A stretch of 64,000 nt of DNA. Source: Podarcis bocagei (taxonomy: Eukaryota). This document shows positions 63,594-64,000 of this stretch, piece by piece. Location: assembly GCA_964188305.1 (NCBI GenBank), contig OZ076893.1. One strand, written 5' to 3'. Position 1 is the first letter of the stretch; each line of letters starts with the position of its first letter. The position numbers and the translations under genes are program-made. Below the pieces are notes generated by a model. The model was not told the origin of the DNA. It searched no databases and saw nothing but the letters and a program-made list of their open reading frames with translations.

Positions 63594-64000
63594 GTACTAC
63601 CATAGGATGTTAAGTAAAACAGAACATTGCTATGGCCTGGCCACAAAGCACAGTACCCCCTCCTCTGCTCAGGAAGTACTGTACAAAAAAACCCCAAGCC
63701 ATCAACACCTGGAATAGAAGAGCAACGGTCTCCTATGATGCCCTAACATTGCTTTTTAGGATAAAAAGGCTCAGGACTGGAGTACAAAGAGTGCCAGGGC
63801 CTCAAAAGTTCCACGGATTTGAAAGCAGAGGTGGGCAGCGTCAGCAAGGATCTGACCCCAAGTTGTCTAGGAACTGCAAGGACGAAATGGGTTTCCCTCT
63901 CTACCTAAGTTGCTGAAATGAAGTCAGCTTGGGGAATCCAGGAACGGAGTGGTTTGTGTGAGAGTTAAGACTTCATCCGAGTTCTGGTACTCCGAACTAA

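Overview
Vertebrate genomic DNA, most likely from a squamate lizard. Sauria SINEs, BovB/RTE ends and Penelope elements point to a lacertid-like genome; this is inference, not a database match. The window holds two convergent, intron-rich genes in the arrangement known from human 18q23. (1) MBP (myelin basic protein), + strand: the last five coding exons (classic exons 3-7, 933-11894) plus the 3'UTR. (2) ZNF236, a multi-C2H2 zinc-finger gene, - strand: 31 coding exons from 61422 to the stop at 22156 that join in frame (5570 nt), plus one further candidate in-frame 72-nt exon. Its first coding exon appears to lie beyond the window. Introns and the roughly 7 kb intergenic gap carry SINEs, CR1/L2/BovB/Penelope fragments, hAT and Tc1/mariner MITEs and microsatellites. 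Most notable observations: a perfect 259-bp tandem duplication copying the 3' end and donor of ZNF236 exon 3; two in-frame ZNF236 exons absent from the human canonical protein as I recall it; a GC-AG intron holding a Penelope-derived palindrome; minimal hammerhead ribozyme motifs in introns; a Penelope copy with twin-priming geometry; loss of the MBP tri-proline and GRG motifs; and QKI and Pumilio element clusters in the two 3'UTRs. I see no evidence of a wholly new gene system. All human and chicken comparisons are from memory and need alignment to confirm.
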